DNA of 61,581 nt, the filler included, from Platydemus manokwari (Eukaryota), in NCBI GenBank assembly GCA_037951405.1. It is 5 parts of 5 records of this genome, joined end to end, with 100 filler letters (N's around TTAATTAATTAA, not from the genome) between each part and the next. Parts side by side here need not be neighbours in the genome. Positions count along the whole stretch, not along the records: positions 22,346 to 32,774 come from JBBMOY011134439.1; positions 32,875 to 45,075 come from JBBMOY010260004.1; 3 more parts are not named here. One strand, given 5' to 3'. Made by a program: the position numbers and the translations under genes. The notes below the pieces were generated by a model that had not been told where the DNA came from, did not search any database, and saw only the letters and a list, made by a program, of their open reading frames with translations. Positions 26,391 to 38,520 of this stretch are shown piece by piece (position 1 is the first letter of the stretch; every line of letters begins with the position of its first letter).

Positions 26391-27334
26391 TGAACTCACT
26401 CAAGATTTTATTAAACAAGCAGGTACAGTTACCCCACCGTAAGTGTGAGAGCTTAGTTTTGTTAATTATTATATTAATCTATATAATATAATATAATATA
26501 ATATATATTCGAGGAATGTCGACAAAATGCAAGTTAATTGTCGATGGTAAAAATGTTACCAAAAATAGAAGGCGATGGCCGGCACGGCGAAGTATAAATA
26601 CCGAGCTGAAAGCAGAGCCAGCCGCCACAATAACTACAACCATAAATATCAATAATAATCGAAATTAAGAAAATCACAATAATTCTGTATTGAATCGAAG
26701 CGGATCAGTTGGAATTGCAAATCAAGAAGAGAGCCTGAGGAAGAATTTATCCAAGCCAATTCTTACGAGGATTTATTTGTTATATCTATTACGAGGATTC
26801 ATTTCTATTTCAATATCTTAGTAAGGAGTATTTCATTTCTTACTATCAATTTTAAGTACATTTAAGTAATCGTTAATTTGTAAATTATTAATTCTATTAT
26901 TAAGCGTAATTGGTAATTTATATGAGCTATAGTAAAGTTTAATTTTGCCGTCAACCTCTCTTTTCCATTCTGGGAATTTTTCCTCCGTCCGCTTCGGACT
27001 CTGCTGGCTATGTGCTGAGGCAACATGCCGGCTATTTGAATTATTTTTTTGTTTAAATTCTTCTACTGTGTTGCTTTTAATTTCTTAAAATATATTTGTT
27101 TAAAACCAATAATTGTGTTCATTCGAGTCCGAGTAGACAATTAATTATAGATATTAACGCCGTAACAGTTTAAATTACTATATATCAGTCAATTTGGTTC
27201 AGGAGATTGATTGATTGATTTAATAATGAAGCTTTAGAGATCAGGGTTTGGTATCATCGCGAAGGACTCAGTCATCAATTGATTAAGGCCTTTATATAAT
27301 ATTAATCTTCAATTTACCAATAGCGAGGTTTTCA
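26391..27334 (-). mobile_element. Probable 3' LTR (TGAA...TTCA) preceded by a PPT, interrupted by a solo LTR
   Basis: Minus strand AGGGG-TA-TGAAAACC at ~27340-27327. AATAAA near 26410 and terminal GAGTTCA at 26391. About 235 bp after removing the insert. Confidence 0.5.
26460..27167 (+). mobile_element. Solo LTR (708 bp) with 4-bp TSD
   Basis: Termini TGTTA...TAACA; GTTT directly on both sides; TATAAATA at ~26593. Confidence 0.75.
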
Positions 27335-27844
27335 TACCCCTAAATATATTTAACAATAATAATATATATTTTATCCGCTTATTTAAATAATATACATTTA
27401 TTTGACATAATTTTATAGAAAGCCATAAACAATTTTATACAAAGATCATAAAAATCTTACATCATTTACAACGCTCAAAAATCATAAAAATGTTTTGTCA
27501 AATTATCAAATTGTCAGTATAAGAAATGTTATTAATATTATTCACAAAATTGTCACAAATTTCTGAATTGACTCTGGATTGTCGAAGATTCGAATTAGAG
27601 GTAGTTTAATTATCTTTGATCATTAGACATCCAAATCCAAGCTTCAGTTTGGCATAACACAAGTTTCCCATTTTGTTTTTGGTTTTACAGAAGCGGTGAG
27701 TCTTTGGTTCTTTATGGGCTGGGCAGTCGGGTTTTTAAATACAGTTTCTTGTTGTTGGGCTTTTTTCTCGGGTATTTTGTGCTTCCTTTCACCATTATGA
27801 GCTGCATCCATAAGAATGAAATCCATACCTGGTTAAAATTAACC

Positions 27845-28845
27845 CGGTGCACCTGTAAACCCAAAAGGTAATACATTGAATATGTAAAGTCCTTCGCCAT
27901 CTGTAAAGGCTTTTTTACATTTATCGGCCTCTTTAATTGCGAACTGCCAGTACCCCCTCTTTAGATCAATTGTCGAAAATATTTCCGATTTTCCAATTTT
28001 ATCGTAAATTACCTGTGTAAAAAGAAAAGGGTAAGTATCTTTTCATGTGACAGCGTTCGGTTTTCTGTAGTCGATATCACATTTCAGAGTTTTTTGCCTT
28101 TTTTAACTAGAACCACAGGGAATCCCCAGTTGAAAAGCTAGGTCTTATAATTCCATTTTTTAGCATTTCGTCCTTCTGACGTTTGATTTCATTTTGTTAT
28201 GGATAGGAAATTCTATATGGCCTTAATTTAATAAGAATTACTATGTCCTGTTAATAGTGGTATTTCGTGTTCAACTACGTGTGTGTTTGGTAACCGTATT
28301 TGGTAATCTATCCAGAATATTTATTCAATAAGTTGAATAAAGTCTGTTTATGTGGAATTGTTAAAAATTTATTGTCAATTGTTATTTCGCCATAATTTGT
28401 ATATTGAATTTCAGGTGACGTCTCGTTTTCTGACTCTGTGGTTGGGGTTAGAATGCCTAGTTTTGTATGTTGTTTCGAAGTGATCGATTTTTCATCAAAA
28501 TTTACCAATCGTATTGAAATGGTATTGTTTTCAGATTGAACAATTCCCCAGCATACTGGGATTTGATATTTCTCGGCAAATTTTGGATTTGGTTCAAACA
28601 ATAAGTCACCATTGTATTGGTTTCAAGTGTCGACATAATATACAATTTCAGATCTAGTTGGAATGGTAACAATTTGATTTATAAAAACCTCGTTGGCTTT
28701 ATGTGCTACCTTACCTGTTTCCAATTCTAAAAGTATACGTGTACGCAGATCCATAACTATCCCTTCTAGTTGTTCCAAAACATTCATTCCTTACAGACAT
28801 AAAACAGGACTATCTTTCATGACTAATACATATTGAGGTTATTTT
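27845..28845 (-). pseudogene. pol: Ty3/gypsy pol remnant: protease C-terminal half, linker, RT N-terminal half
   Basis: VLVMKDSPVLCL*GMNVL (protease LGxD/N motif), then GIIRPS, DYRKPNAVT, DTYP, FSTIDLKRGYWQ, KAF, FNVLPFGFTGAP. Many stops and frameshifts. YxDD, RNase H and integrase core are absent. Confidence 0.9.
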
Positions 28846-28849
28846 TTTT

Positions 28850-30360
28850 TGCAATTTCTTATTATCACTATTTACTGAATTAAATTTTTCATCATCATCA
28901 TAATTTTCTGTGTGACTGCTGCTATCCGATATATTCTTTCCTTCGAGTTGTACCTTGGATTCATTAACCTTGATAATTTGTTTGGAAAATCTGTCTTCCG
29001 CACTTTGTAATTGAGTCTTTGCTAATAAAACTCTTAACATAATCGGGGATTGCAGACATCAAGACCATTGGTGTTGATTTTTGCCATGATTTGGATATTT
29101 GTTTTGAAGAAAGCTGTTGTATTTGGTCTTGAAATTGCTCATCACTAACTCAATGAAGTCACTTGCTTTTAGAAATGCTAAGTTGCATTCGTTCGTTTTC
29201 ACATAATATGCTAAAATAGATTTTCCAGTATTGCAACTTTTAGATTTTGAATTGCAAAATGAGTGTGTTTGTACCTTTCCTGTAACTTCGTCTAACACTG
29301 CTTCCCATTGCCTTATTTCGGACGAATATTCCTCTGTTACTATTGCATGATCTACTATTCTACTCGAAATCTTATGTGGTTCCCCTATACAAGGTCCATC
29401 GGTTTCTAGCGTTTCCTTGATCGTAATTGATTCCCTCATTATGAAATCTTCTCTCTTTGCCAATTTGATTTGAAAATCTATTTTTAATTTATTTATTTAA
29501 AAAGCAGGTCGACAATTACCCGCATGTATATCTTTTGATCTTGGTATCGCTTGGAGTAAAATTGGAAATGCGTGGCTCCACTTTCCACAGTGAGAAACAA
29601 ATATGGTGTTCTTCACTAGACACTCTTTAACTTGTGCACTTCGAAAATTTGATTCTTGATAAAGTTAATAGTGCGCGTTTTCTTCTGTTGTGAGATTCAT
29701 GGGATAGACGTCCGGGCATTCTGCAACATCTAAAATTTAATAAACTTTACCCAGCTCGGTCTTAAAACAGTCGTGCACAATTAATGTACTAACCTCGTCA
29801 CTGATACTAAAAATTAATAGTATGATTAGGAAAAATAAAGGTTTAAAATTTAGGTAGGCTTTTCCATTATTGTTTGTCTTTAAAGAATATTGTTTGTTTT
29901 CTTTCTGTTTATCTTCAATGTCGTTAGATTGTATAGTGAGAGGTGAATTTTCACTTGGTGATTCTTTGTATTCTTCTTTTATTGGTTATTTCTCATGACA
30001 ATCGTCGATTAATTCCTTAGAATTTTCATTTGTTTCAATGATACGCTGTTCTGTTAGTTGAGATATACTTCCATTCAAATACTTTGGAATATTTTCTTGT
30101 AGATCACTGTATACTACCAATCTGATGTTGTTATTTTTCCTTCTATACAAATGTAATCAATAACGTATTCATCGCCATCTGTCTTTCCATTGGTATGACA
30201 AAATAATTATTGCTTCATATTCCAACATATCCGTAGCTTTTCGCTTTATGCGTTTTACTTTCGCACACCAATTTTCCTTAAATCGAATCACTTCAACTCC
30301 ATTTATCTCCAAAGTAATTTCGAAAGGTGGAAAATTATTTCCGTTTTGTCTACATTTCTT
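28850..30360 (-). pseudogene. env: Envelope-like gene remnant, chuvirus-G/gB-type (class III fusogen-like) glycoprotein with an N-terminal extension
   Basis: Hydrophobic stretch FKPLFFLIILLIFSIS (~29850-29800), then LIVHDC...LDVAEC...LYQESNFRSAQVKECLV...SHCGKWSH...C...DGPCIG...CNSKSKSCNTG...NEC and, after a frameshift, KCGRQIFQT. Cysteine spacing matches my recollection of chuviral glycoproteins (GYDC..LDVGEC..QLLQ..QCKV..CGMHSH..DGxCxG..). At least three in-frame stops; C-terminally truncated. Confidence 0.7.
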
Positions 30361-30497
30361 TGCTATAGAGTCTAAATAAATCTATAAAAATATGATTTAC
30401 ATATATAAATTTCTAAATATATGGGTTCATAGTCAGAAATATTTTATCTAATATTTGATGCATCTTAGAATTATCTCAGACTTCTGTTAGAATTTTG

Positions 30498-31210
30498 TCA
30501 GCTCTCACTGTATTCTTGATTTCTAGGAAAATATCTGGCTATGTGACCAAATTTTCCACATGAAAAACATTTAATACCTCCTTCTGAATTCACCACGTCC
30601 CATGGAGGGGATTTGGATGGCGTTCTTGACCTTAAATTAGAAGTCAAATGACTTATTTTCTCGCAATTATAGCATTTCATTGAAAATGGCCTATATTTAA
30701 ATTCGTTTTCTCTAATTCTAGTCCGGATCTGCATTTGTTCGCATAATGACCTAATCTTCCACAATTAAAACATGTTATTGATTTTATCGAGAGTCTAGGA
30801 CTATTTTTTAGAAATTTTTTATTAAACAGATTTGACTTCGGGAAGCTTTTATTCCAATTTTCTCTTGATATTTCGTTCATCTGTGGAGAGTGTGGTCTTT
30901 CAATTTTGCCAACATGTGTGGTCTATACTCCTGTTGCATATGCTCAAGAATGACCTCCTAATATATTCGAATTCATCTCAACTCTCATAACTTTTTAACT
31001 AACTCATCATAACTTGCATATTCCACAAGACTCAAGTGTTTTTATATAACTGTATACACCTGCAAAAATTGATCTTCTAAAATTCATTTTGTCTGTTCAA
31101 GTCACTCATCTTGAGCTCCCCGCTCCATGAAAATTAAAATCACATGACTCTTCATTGTCCATGGTTCCAATTTTTTGACCGCTTCGGAGAATCAAAGGTA
31201 CTCAGTGATC
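30498..31210 (-). pseudogene. gag: Retrotransposon gag remnant with three CCHC zinc knuckles
   Basis: CFNCGRLGHYANKC plus decayed CYNCEKISHLTSNL and CFSCGKFGHIARYF across a frameshift. Confidence 0.85.
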
Positions 31211-31240
31211 ATTTTTAGATCAAAATATTACACGTAATTG

Positions 31241-31254
31241 TGTCGGGCTCACCA
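31241..31254 (-). other. Primer binding site (tRNA-Trp-like)
   Basis: TGGTGAGCCCGACA begins 2 nt after the LTR end ...TATAACA and resembles the tRNA-Trp complement TGGTGACCCCGACG. Confidence 0.65.
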
Positions 31255-31256
31255 AA

Positions 31257-31695
31257 TGTTATACAAGCTGGTATTTAATATAGAAATACAGAGTTAAAAC
31301 AAAATTAAACAATAATGTTTATTCAATTAAAACAAATAATTTCAAAAACAGAATTGATTTATACAGGGTAGCCTTTTTAAATCTAAACAAAATTTGTTTT
31401 TTTGAGTTTTGTATAATATTTTTCAGCTATTTATACTAGTTGATTCTATGTACTTTTTATATAATAATTATAATTAATTATAATTAATTATAATATAATA
31501 ATTATTTTTAATTAATTATTAGATTGAACTACGATTACCCATCATACACGTACCTCAATTTGTAATCCATTACGAATTGGATTTTCATTCTCCGAGGGGA
31601 TTTATCCTAATGGTAATAATATGTCAAAATTTATTGCCTGTCAGCGCTTTAAAATCCCATTGGGTCCTAGGTGAATTTTTTGCCACAATACAACA
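31257..31695 (-). mobile_element. 5' LTR of the gag/env element
   Basis: TGTT...AACA termini; minus-strand TATAAATAG (~31430) and AATAAA (~31320); directly followed by the PBS. Distal boundary approximate. Confidence 0.6.
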
Positions 31696-32774
31696 ATTCT
31701 GGGTTTTGGTTATTCGATGAATTGATCTCAAAATTATTATATAAACAGATGGTTATTTTCTAGATTTCTTTTAGTGCTATCTATCCAATCCTATTTATTT
31801 CATAGTCTTCAAAAATAATAAAATTAATGCTTATGTTCATATTCTTTTAATACTGAAATTTAATTTACTGTAATTCTTGATACCTTGTATATGTACTTAG
31901 GTTAATGAAAACTACATATTTTATAATAATTAAGATGATAAGAAATTTAATTGTAGCAGTAAAGTAAAAAAAAGTGTGCCTCTTGTATAGCTTGGACAAG
32001 TGTCGGTTTGAAACAACAATAGATTGCTGAAAATTGTTTATAAAACCATAAACTTAATAATTAACGGTGGTTCGGAAATTAAGTAAATAATTAAAATAAT
32101 TACTTATTTTCAACTGCTAATTAGCTTCTTAGTTTCCTGATTACTCCTAAATCGTTTTGTTTGGAATCGATTGTTCTCAACAATTTTGTAATGAATTTGA
32201 GTACATGAAATTGTTCGTGTTAGAATCAAGTTTAATTGAAATTAAAGTTTCGTTTAAATTTTCTTAGTTAATTTATACAATTTCAACTTTTTGATAAATG
32301 TTTATGATATGTTAGTTTGTTGGCTTATAACTGTAATAGTTATCAATGTTTCCTTATAATACAATCTTTAAGAAAAGCATTTGAATTGATAAAAGTCATA
32401 TTAACTTTCTTAGTAAACAATCAGTAAAGTTTTTTAAATAATAAATTGAATGAAACGTAATAAGTGTTCAATGTGCTCAAGCTAATAAGTTATTACTCAA
32501 AGATACTCAAGTAGAATTTCAACAAGACAATATCTTTATTATTTGATAATACTTAATATATAATTTGATATAAAAATCGTTGAAAATTTACTTACCATAA
32601 ATTAAATAATCTTGACAAATTTTATATATAAAATAATTTTATGAATTAAGGACAAGATAAGGATTGCGAAGCTATTACAAATGCCCTTATTCACGAAAAG
32701 AATTAAATTTTGTTCGTATGACTCATTGCTAATAAAAATTTAAACTAAAATCTTGTAATATCTATCTTGCAGAT

Positions 32775-32874
32775 NNNNNNNNNNNNNNNNNNNNNNNNNN
32801 NNNNNNNNNNNNNNNNNNTTAATTAATTAANNNNNNNNNNNNNNNNNNNNNNNNNNNNNNNNNNNNNNNNNNNN
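32775..32874. other. Artificial contig linker (N44-TTAATTAATTAA-N44)
   Basis: Identical 100-bp linker. Confidence 0.97.
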
Positions 32875-33170
32875 AAAAGAAGTTATTAAAAATAGAAGAA
32901 TTGGAGTTTTTGTGTAATGAGCTCTGCAAATTATTCAAGACAGAGACAACGAACAAAATCAAAGATTTTAATGAAAGGGGGGGTGAGATATTTGATATGA
33001 ATTTAATTTCAATTTAATTAAAAACAATTTTAATTCACAGTTTATTCAGACTTAATTTAATTTTATAAAAAATTAAATTCATGTAAAATTAGAAATATTT
33101 GTTTAAATATTTGGATTTAAAATAGATTGATCGTGTCTTGAGTTTTTTGTTTGATTTTAATATGTGTGGC
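32875..33170 (+). mobile_element. PPT/3' LTR fragment related to the element at 5-686
   Basis: tagaagaattgga...aaaatcaaagattttaa..aaagggg..tgaga matches the reverse complement of ~210-405. Confidence 0.6.
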
Positions 33171-34954
33171 TTTTAAAATAGTAGTAGTGGCTAACAAAGG
33201 TATTGAAAAAAATTTATAAAATAGAAATAAGATGATGAATTGGATCCGATGCAAAATTTATTCATAGATTTTGGTCCGAGATTTATCGAATAATAATTTC
33301 ACATTAATTCTTTAGATGTTTACAAATTTTGATAGCAATTTATATTTTAATTTTTTGAGTCTAAATAAAATTAATAATCTTGAATTAAATAAATTCTAAA
33401 TTAATAAAAAGGCGACTTGCTGTAATTGGATAACATAAAGTATTGAAATAAATGTAAAATATCGATAACAAACATGAAATTGTAAAGATTTATTATGTAG
33501 CAAAAGATATTTCTCTTTCTTAACTAAGAGTCAGTGGGAAATAATTTTTCGTTGTACAATTCATTTTGTTTAAGTCAAATCCGATTTGCACTGGAACTCA
33601 TTCGTTCGCTGTGAACACACTTCAAAATCATCAGTCGTAGTTTCGCAGTGATCACGTAATTCATCGAAAATTGTGCTAAAATCTATTATAATTGTTTCTA
33701 GGTTGTTGACTTAATTTTCATTCCAAGGATTTCGTATTTTAAAAAACTTAAAAACTCTTATTATTTTGTATTTACATCACTTAAATATCAAAAATGGATT
33801 TTTAAAATAAGCATGATCAAGTTTCTATAACAGCATAGTTATTACATTATAATAAATGAAATTCGTTTTATTTACGAGTTTTTAAAAATTGGTGTGAAAT
33901 AGTTTATGTTTAAACAAATAAACTCTAAAAAATTATTCCAATTTAGCTATTAACTAGTGGTTGTTTTGAGGTGTTTTAAATAAAAAATGTTTGCCAACTC
34001 AAAATCAGGTCGAAAATGTAATAGATAATATTTAAAGAGTATTTTACAAAGGATTTTGAGAAAACATTCGCTTATTATTCGATTAATGATTTTTGAAATT
34101 CCTATGACTGATATCGAGTTGACTTCATAAAAATAGAAATCTGACAGCCAACCTTTAAGAGACTGCGTGTCACAAATGCATCTCGAAACAAATTTATGCC
34201 TGGTTTATTTCACAAGGCTGACAGCTACTTTTCAAAAAATAAAAATAACTTTAACCGAAGTATCTATCGTGTGTTGTAATCAAAGTTTCAAAGAAAATAT
34301 ATTCTTCAATAAAAATTTGTTTATTTAGCTATATATTTTATTAATTCCGTCCAATCTCTGTTGTTCAAATAATTTGTTATTGGTGGCTCATATTTCATTA
34401 CAACACATACAGCTCCAAACCATTTATAAGCCTGTCTCTTTGGCCTAATTTGATAAAATTCAAGAATATGAAAGCTATTCCAAGTGATTACACTGATTTG
34501 GTAGAAAACTCCAAATTATAAGAATTGCATTTTCAGAACTATCCACTGTTCATATTTGGCCATTTTAATTTTCTCGCGTTATTCAAACCTTTTAAATTAA
34601 TTCAAACGATCCATCAATCATTTTGTCGACTAATAATCCTTCACATAAATATAATCAATAATTTCGTCACACTGATAATTAAATTATTTTAAAACCATGA
34701 AATAGAACCCAACAAAATTAAACAATTATTAATCTCAGTTAACATATTTGCCTTTTTGACATTGATTTGAAATTTATTAATTTAATTATTGATTGAAATT
34801 TTATTAATGATAAACTGATAATTTTTATTCAACGATGTGTGTGGTAACAAGTAATTATTTTTATAAATAAAATTAAATTTACATTTAATTAGAAATTAAC
34901 TTTATTCCATTTTAATTACGTTTATTTATTAAATTAAAAATGACTAAAAATGAC

Positions 34955-35550
34955 TTAAGGTCTTAAGTTTAGAAAAAGGGCCATTTGACCTACTTTCGTT
35001 ATAATGAATTTTCGCGCATGATATAATTTTTTAACTTAATTTTATATATAACTGCTGTATTTGATTTATTCGTATAATTCAGTTAATATCTCATTTTTAG
35101 GACGTCTAATAGTGACAAAACATAGTTTTAAAACCAAGTTCACAATCTAATCACAACACTTCTACATAATTATTTGAGTTTTTGAATTTAAATTTTTATA
35201 ATTATAAATTGAGCTAGTTAATTACGGACATGTTTAATAATATCATTGCTTATTTTTTATAAAATAACTGTAAACATTGAGAATATCTTTCAATTTGTTT
35301 CTAATGTTAAAAAAGGGGTCCTTGCTAATTTTCAATAAATTACAATTCGACATACTTTTTCATTTTTTCAAATAATCAAATTTTATAAGATTTTTAAGTT
35401 CTAGTGTATTTAATATTTGATTTCAAACAACTAAAATTCTTCTTAAGTACTTCAATAAAAAATTCAAAATATTTTTAAAGAATATAATTAAATAAACTAT
35501 ATAAAATTTTGCTATACACTCAAAAAATTAAAAATTTCATTTTAAGACCC
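34955..35550 (+). repeat. ~600-bp dispersed repeat, copy 2, with short inverted termini
   Basis: Colinear with 5600-6182. Begins TTAA-GGTCTTAA and ends TTAAGACC-CTTTA, compatible with a TTAA-targeting DNA transposon. A diverged 5' fragment lies at ~60100-60190. Confidence 0.75.
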
Positions 35551-37815
35551 TTTATTTAATTTTAGCCATATTTAAAATATAAAATAAAAAAATTATTGAA
35601 AAATATTTATAATATTTTAAAATAAAAATAAACCATTTCATTTAAAACTTAATTACATTTCCTTCGTTTCACTGTAGGTTTTGATTAATAAATATAGTTC
35701 TACAAGAAACCCATTATTTCCGTAAATGTTGGGCTGATTTTAGTTGAATATCGTAAAATTGTAACAAATGGTAAGAAAATTAATTGTCACCCAAATCCGA
35801 ATATATAAACAATTTTGATACAATTCCAGAAATCTTGCTAAAATGTATGAATTAAAATATACGTTTCGATTTTTTTCCCATCTTTTTCTTATATGATTGA
35901 ATTGTTTTATATATTTAGCAGATGAATTTTTTTCCGTTATTTTGAAATTTACAAACTTCAAGATGGCTATTTATTGTTTGAAAAATGACCTTGAGGGCCG
36001 TATTTTCGTGAATGTGTTATACACGAATTGTTATAATAGTTGTGTTATTTCATATCCTGATCTTTTATAAACACTTTTGTAAATTGGTAGTATTTTTACG
36101 AGTTTATGATTGAATCTGGACAATTCTGAGTAGAATTAAATTTTTGGAATACCTAGGAATAGTAGTTTGCTTTTTAAATTTTTTAAACATTTTGGACAGA
36201 GCTTTGATATTTTAAATTTTTGAATATTTTTTTGGTGATGTGTGGAACATACTTTGATTTTCTTCAACTTTATTTTGCGTTAAGAAAGTAAGCCAACAAA
36301 AAATGAAAAATAATAAAATACTGTTAAAAGTAAAGGTATTTAATACCCTCTATTTCATATCTATGTATAAAATGTTATCTAAAGTTTTGTTTTTCTTTTC
36401 CAGCAATTATTATTATTAATCGATCAAATAAATAGCTACATTTCTGATTTTAAGTTTAATATTTTATTTGATATTTATAAAGCATTATTATTTAATAGGA
36501 AATCTCTTACTATTTAATATTAAGTAATAATTAATTTAAATTATTAAATTATTATTTTATTGCTTTCAATTTGTTCGACTAAATTTGCTCTGGTTCAAAT
36601 TAAATCAGAATGATTGGATGTTTTGTAATGAAACATTTTTCGATTCATTCATTTGATAATAAAAATGACAAGAACTTCTATTTTAAAATTTACTGTGTTA
36701 TCTTCTATACAGAATTAAATGTCTTATGAAGAACGACTTAATTGCATTGAAGATTGTTCTTCCATTAATATCAGTGGTTATCTTTTCAGTAAAAAGTAGA
36801 TCTTATTTCGCGGTGCTATCATCTTTGAAAAATTATACACATCCTACTAATAAAAGGAGTCGTCGGTTTGCGTAAACTTATTCTATTAATGAGTCTAAGT
36901 AGTGCTTGGTCCTTCTCGTCTTTGGATATTTCATTGATACGTCACTGAAATTATGTTTTATGTAAAGTAACACTGCAAGAATCCATATAGATTGTTGATC
37001 CATGACTTTACAGAAGACATCCAATTCTTCTGGTTTTATTTATTTTATTTTCATTTTACCTAATTTGTAAACCAGTGGGTATATTTTCCTACTTTATTAT
37101 TTACATTTCTTTGCAATTGGGAAATTGTGAATCAGTTCTTGAAATCTACGTAAATGTCTTTAAAAAAATTCAAATGACTTTTTGTGACTGGAATGCATAT
37201 TGTTGGGGTTTTATAAAATACAATAAGACTAAATGAAATTAAAACGAAATTTTGGTGTTATAAACGTACGATAAATTATAACGAACAGATTTAATATAAT
37301 ATAAAGGTAGGTTGCGATTTGGTTCCCAACAGAATCTGTTCAAATCAGATACGTAGGAAGTGCTCAAATCACTCTCAAGCTATAATAATAATAATAGTTA
37401 AAATATAGATATTGGTAAAATATGATTCTTCCTGAAAATGTTAAAATCAAATTATAAAATAAACAATTTCAATAAAATACGTTTATTAACAAATCAAAAT
37501 TTAAATGTATACTACAAGGTACTATTGTGGACTTGTGGACGATCAGATCCCTTCAGTAGAACAATCAGGTGTACCTAACTAATGGGCAAGACACCCCTGT
37601 GAATAAAAAAGGAAGGTGCGAGATAAAGTTTGAACTTAATAAGTTTAAAACAACCACACAGCTATCGAAATAGCTGTGGGCGCTTAATAAAAATAAACAA
37701 ATTTACTCATCATTTTCATATAAATTCAAATTGTCGGATTAAAATAAGATAAACTGGTTTCTTAATAATAGTCGGGAATCCTTATCGTTGATAATAAATA
37801 GTTGTTCCAGTAGAG

Positions 37816-37926
37816 AATAAAATTGCTTTGTAAACAAAACTTCTTTGTAAAATAAATTGCTTCGTGAATAAAATTTCTTCGTGAAATAAATTGCTTCGTG
37901 AATAAAACTTCTTGAATAAAATTGCT
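37816..37926. repeat. Tandem minisatellite, 17-bp unit (AATAAAATTGCTTCGTG) x~6
   Basis: Direct adjacent degenerate copies with no spacers. Confidence 0.85.
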
Positions 37927-38520
37927 TAAACTGCGAATATGAAAAAGTGCAATCAAAATGAATTTCCTTGCTCTTATATACTGATTTTGTAGGTCGTATG
38001 CGTCATTCTAGCGAGTTTATTTTTTGTTCTCATTTGTTTCTAAATTTAGAAACTCTCTAGACGTCATGCCTAAATTTAGCAACAGCCTACTGTTTTGAGC
38101 TACTTGAGTTGCTAAATTGACTTACACTTTTTTAGCAATGAGGTAGTTGCTAAAAATAGATTTTTTGAAAATATTTCGTCTTTTGACATTGGAAAGTTAA
38201 AACAAAAGAATTTGTAGCGGATAAACAAAATCTTTGTTTTATTTATTTTTGAAAAAATTTTTGTAAAAATTCTAATTCTGTTTGTTTTTATTTTTTCTGT
38301 TAAAAGTTAAAAAAATTTTACATTTAAATTTTTTAAATTTTTAAAATTCTTTTTATTCTTATATATATTTGTATATATTTTATATTTTAGTGTCTCGGGT
38401 AGGGTCGGATTCTACAATATTATTGGTAAAGTCAGCATGTATTCAAAACTTTATTTGATACAGATGTTGGGTTTTGGGGACTATGACAATTTTTAATCGG
38501 ATAGTAATTGCAAGTATTAA

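Noticed and set aside
37816-37926. 17-bp repeats (and the 25-bp repeats at 13142-13242) as a CRISPR-like array
   Set aside because: Units are adjacent with no unique spacers, there are no cas genes, and the context is eukaryotic. They are ordinary minisatellites.
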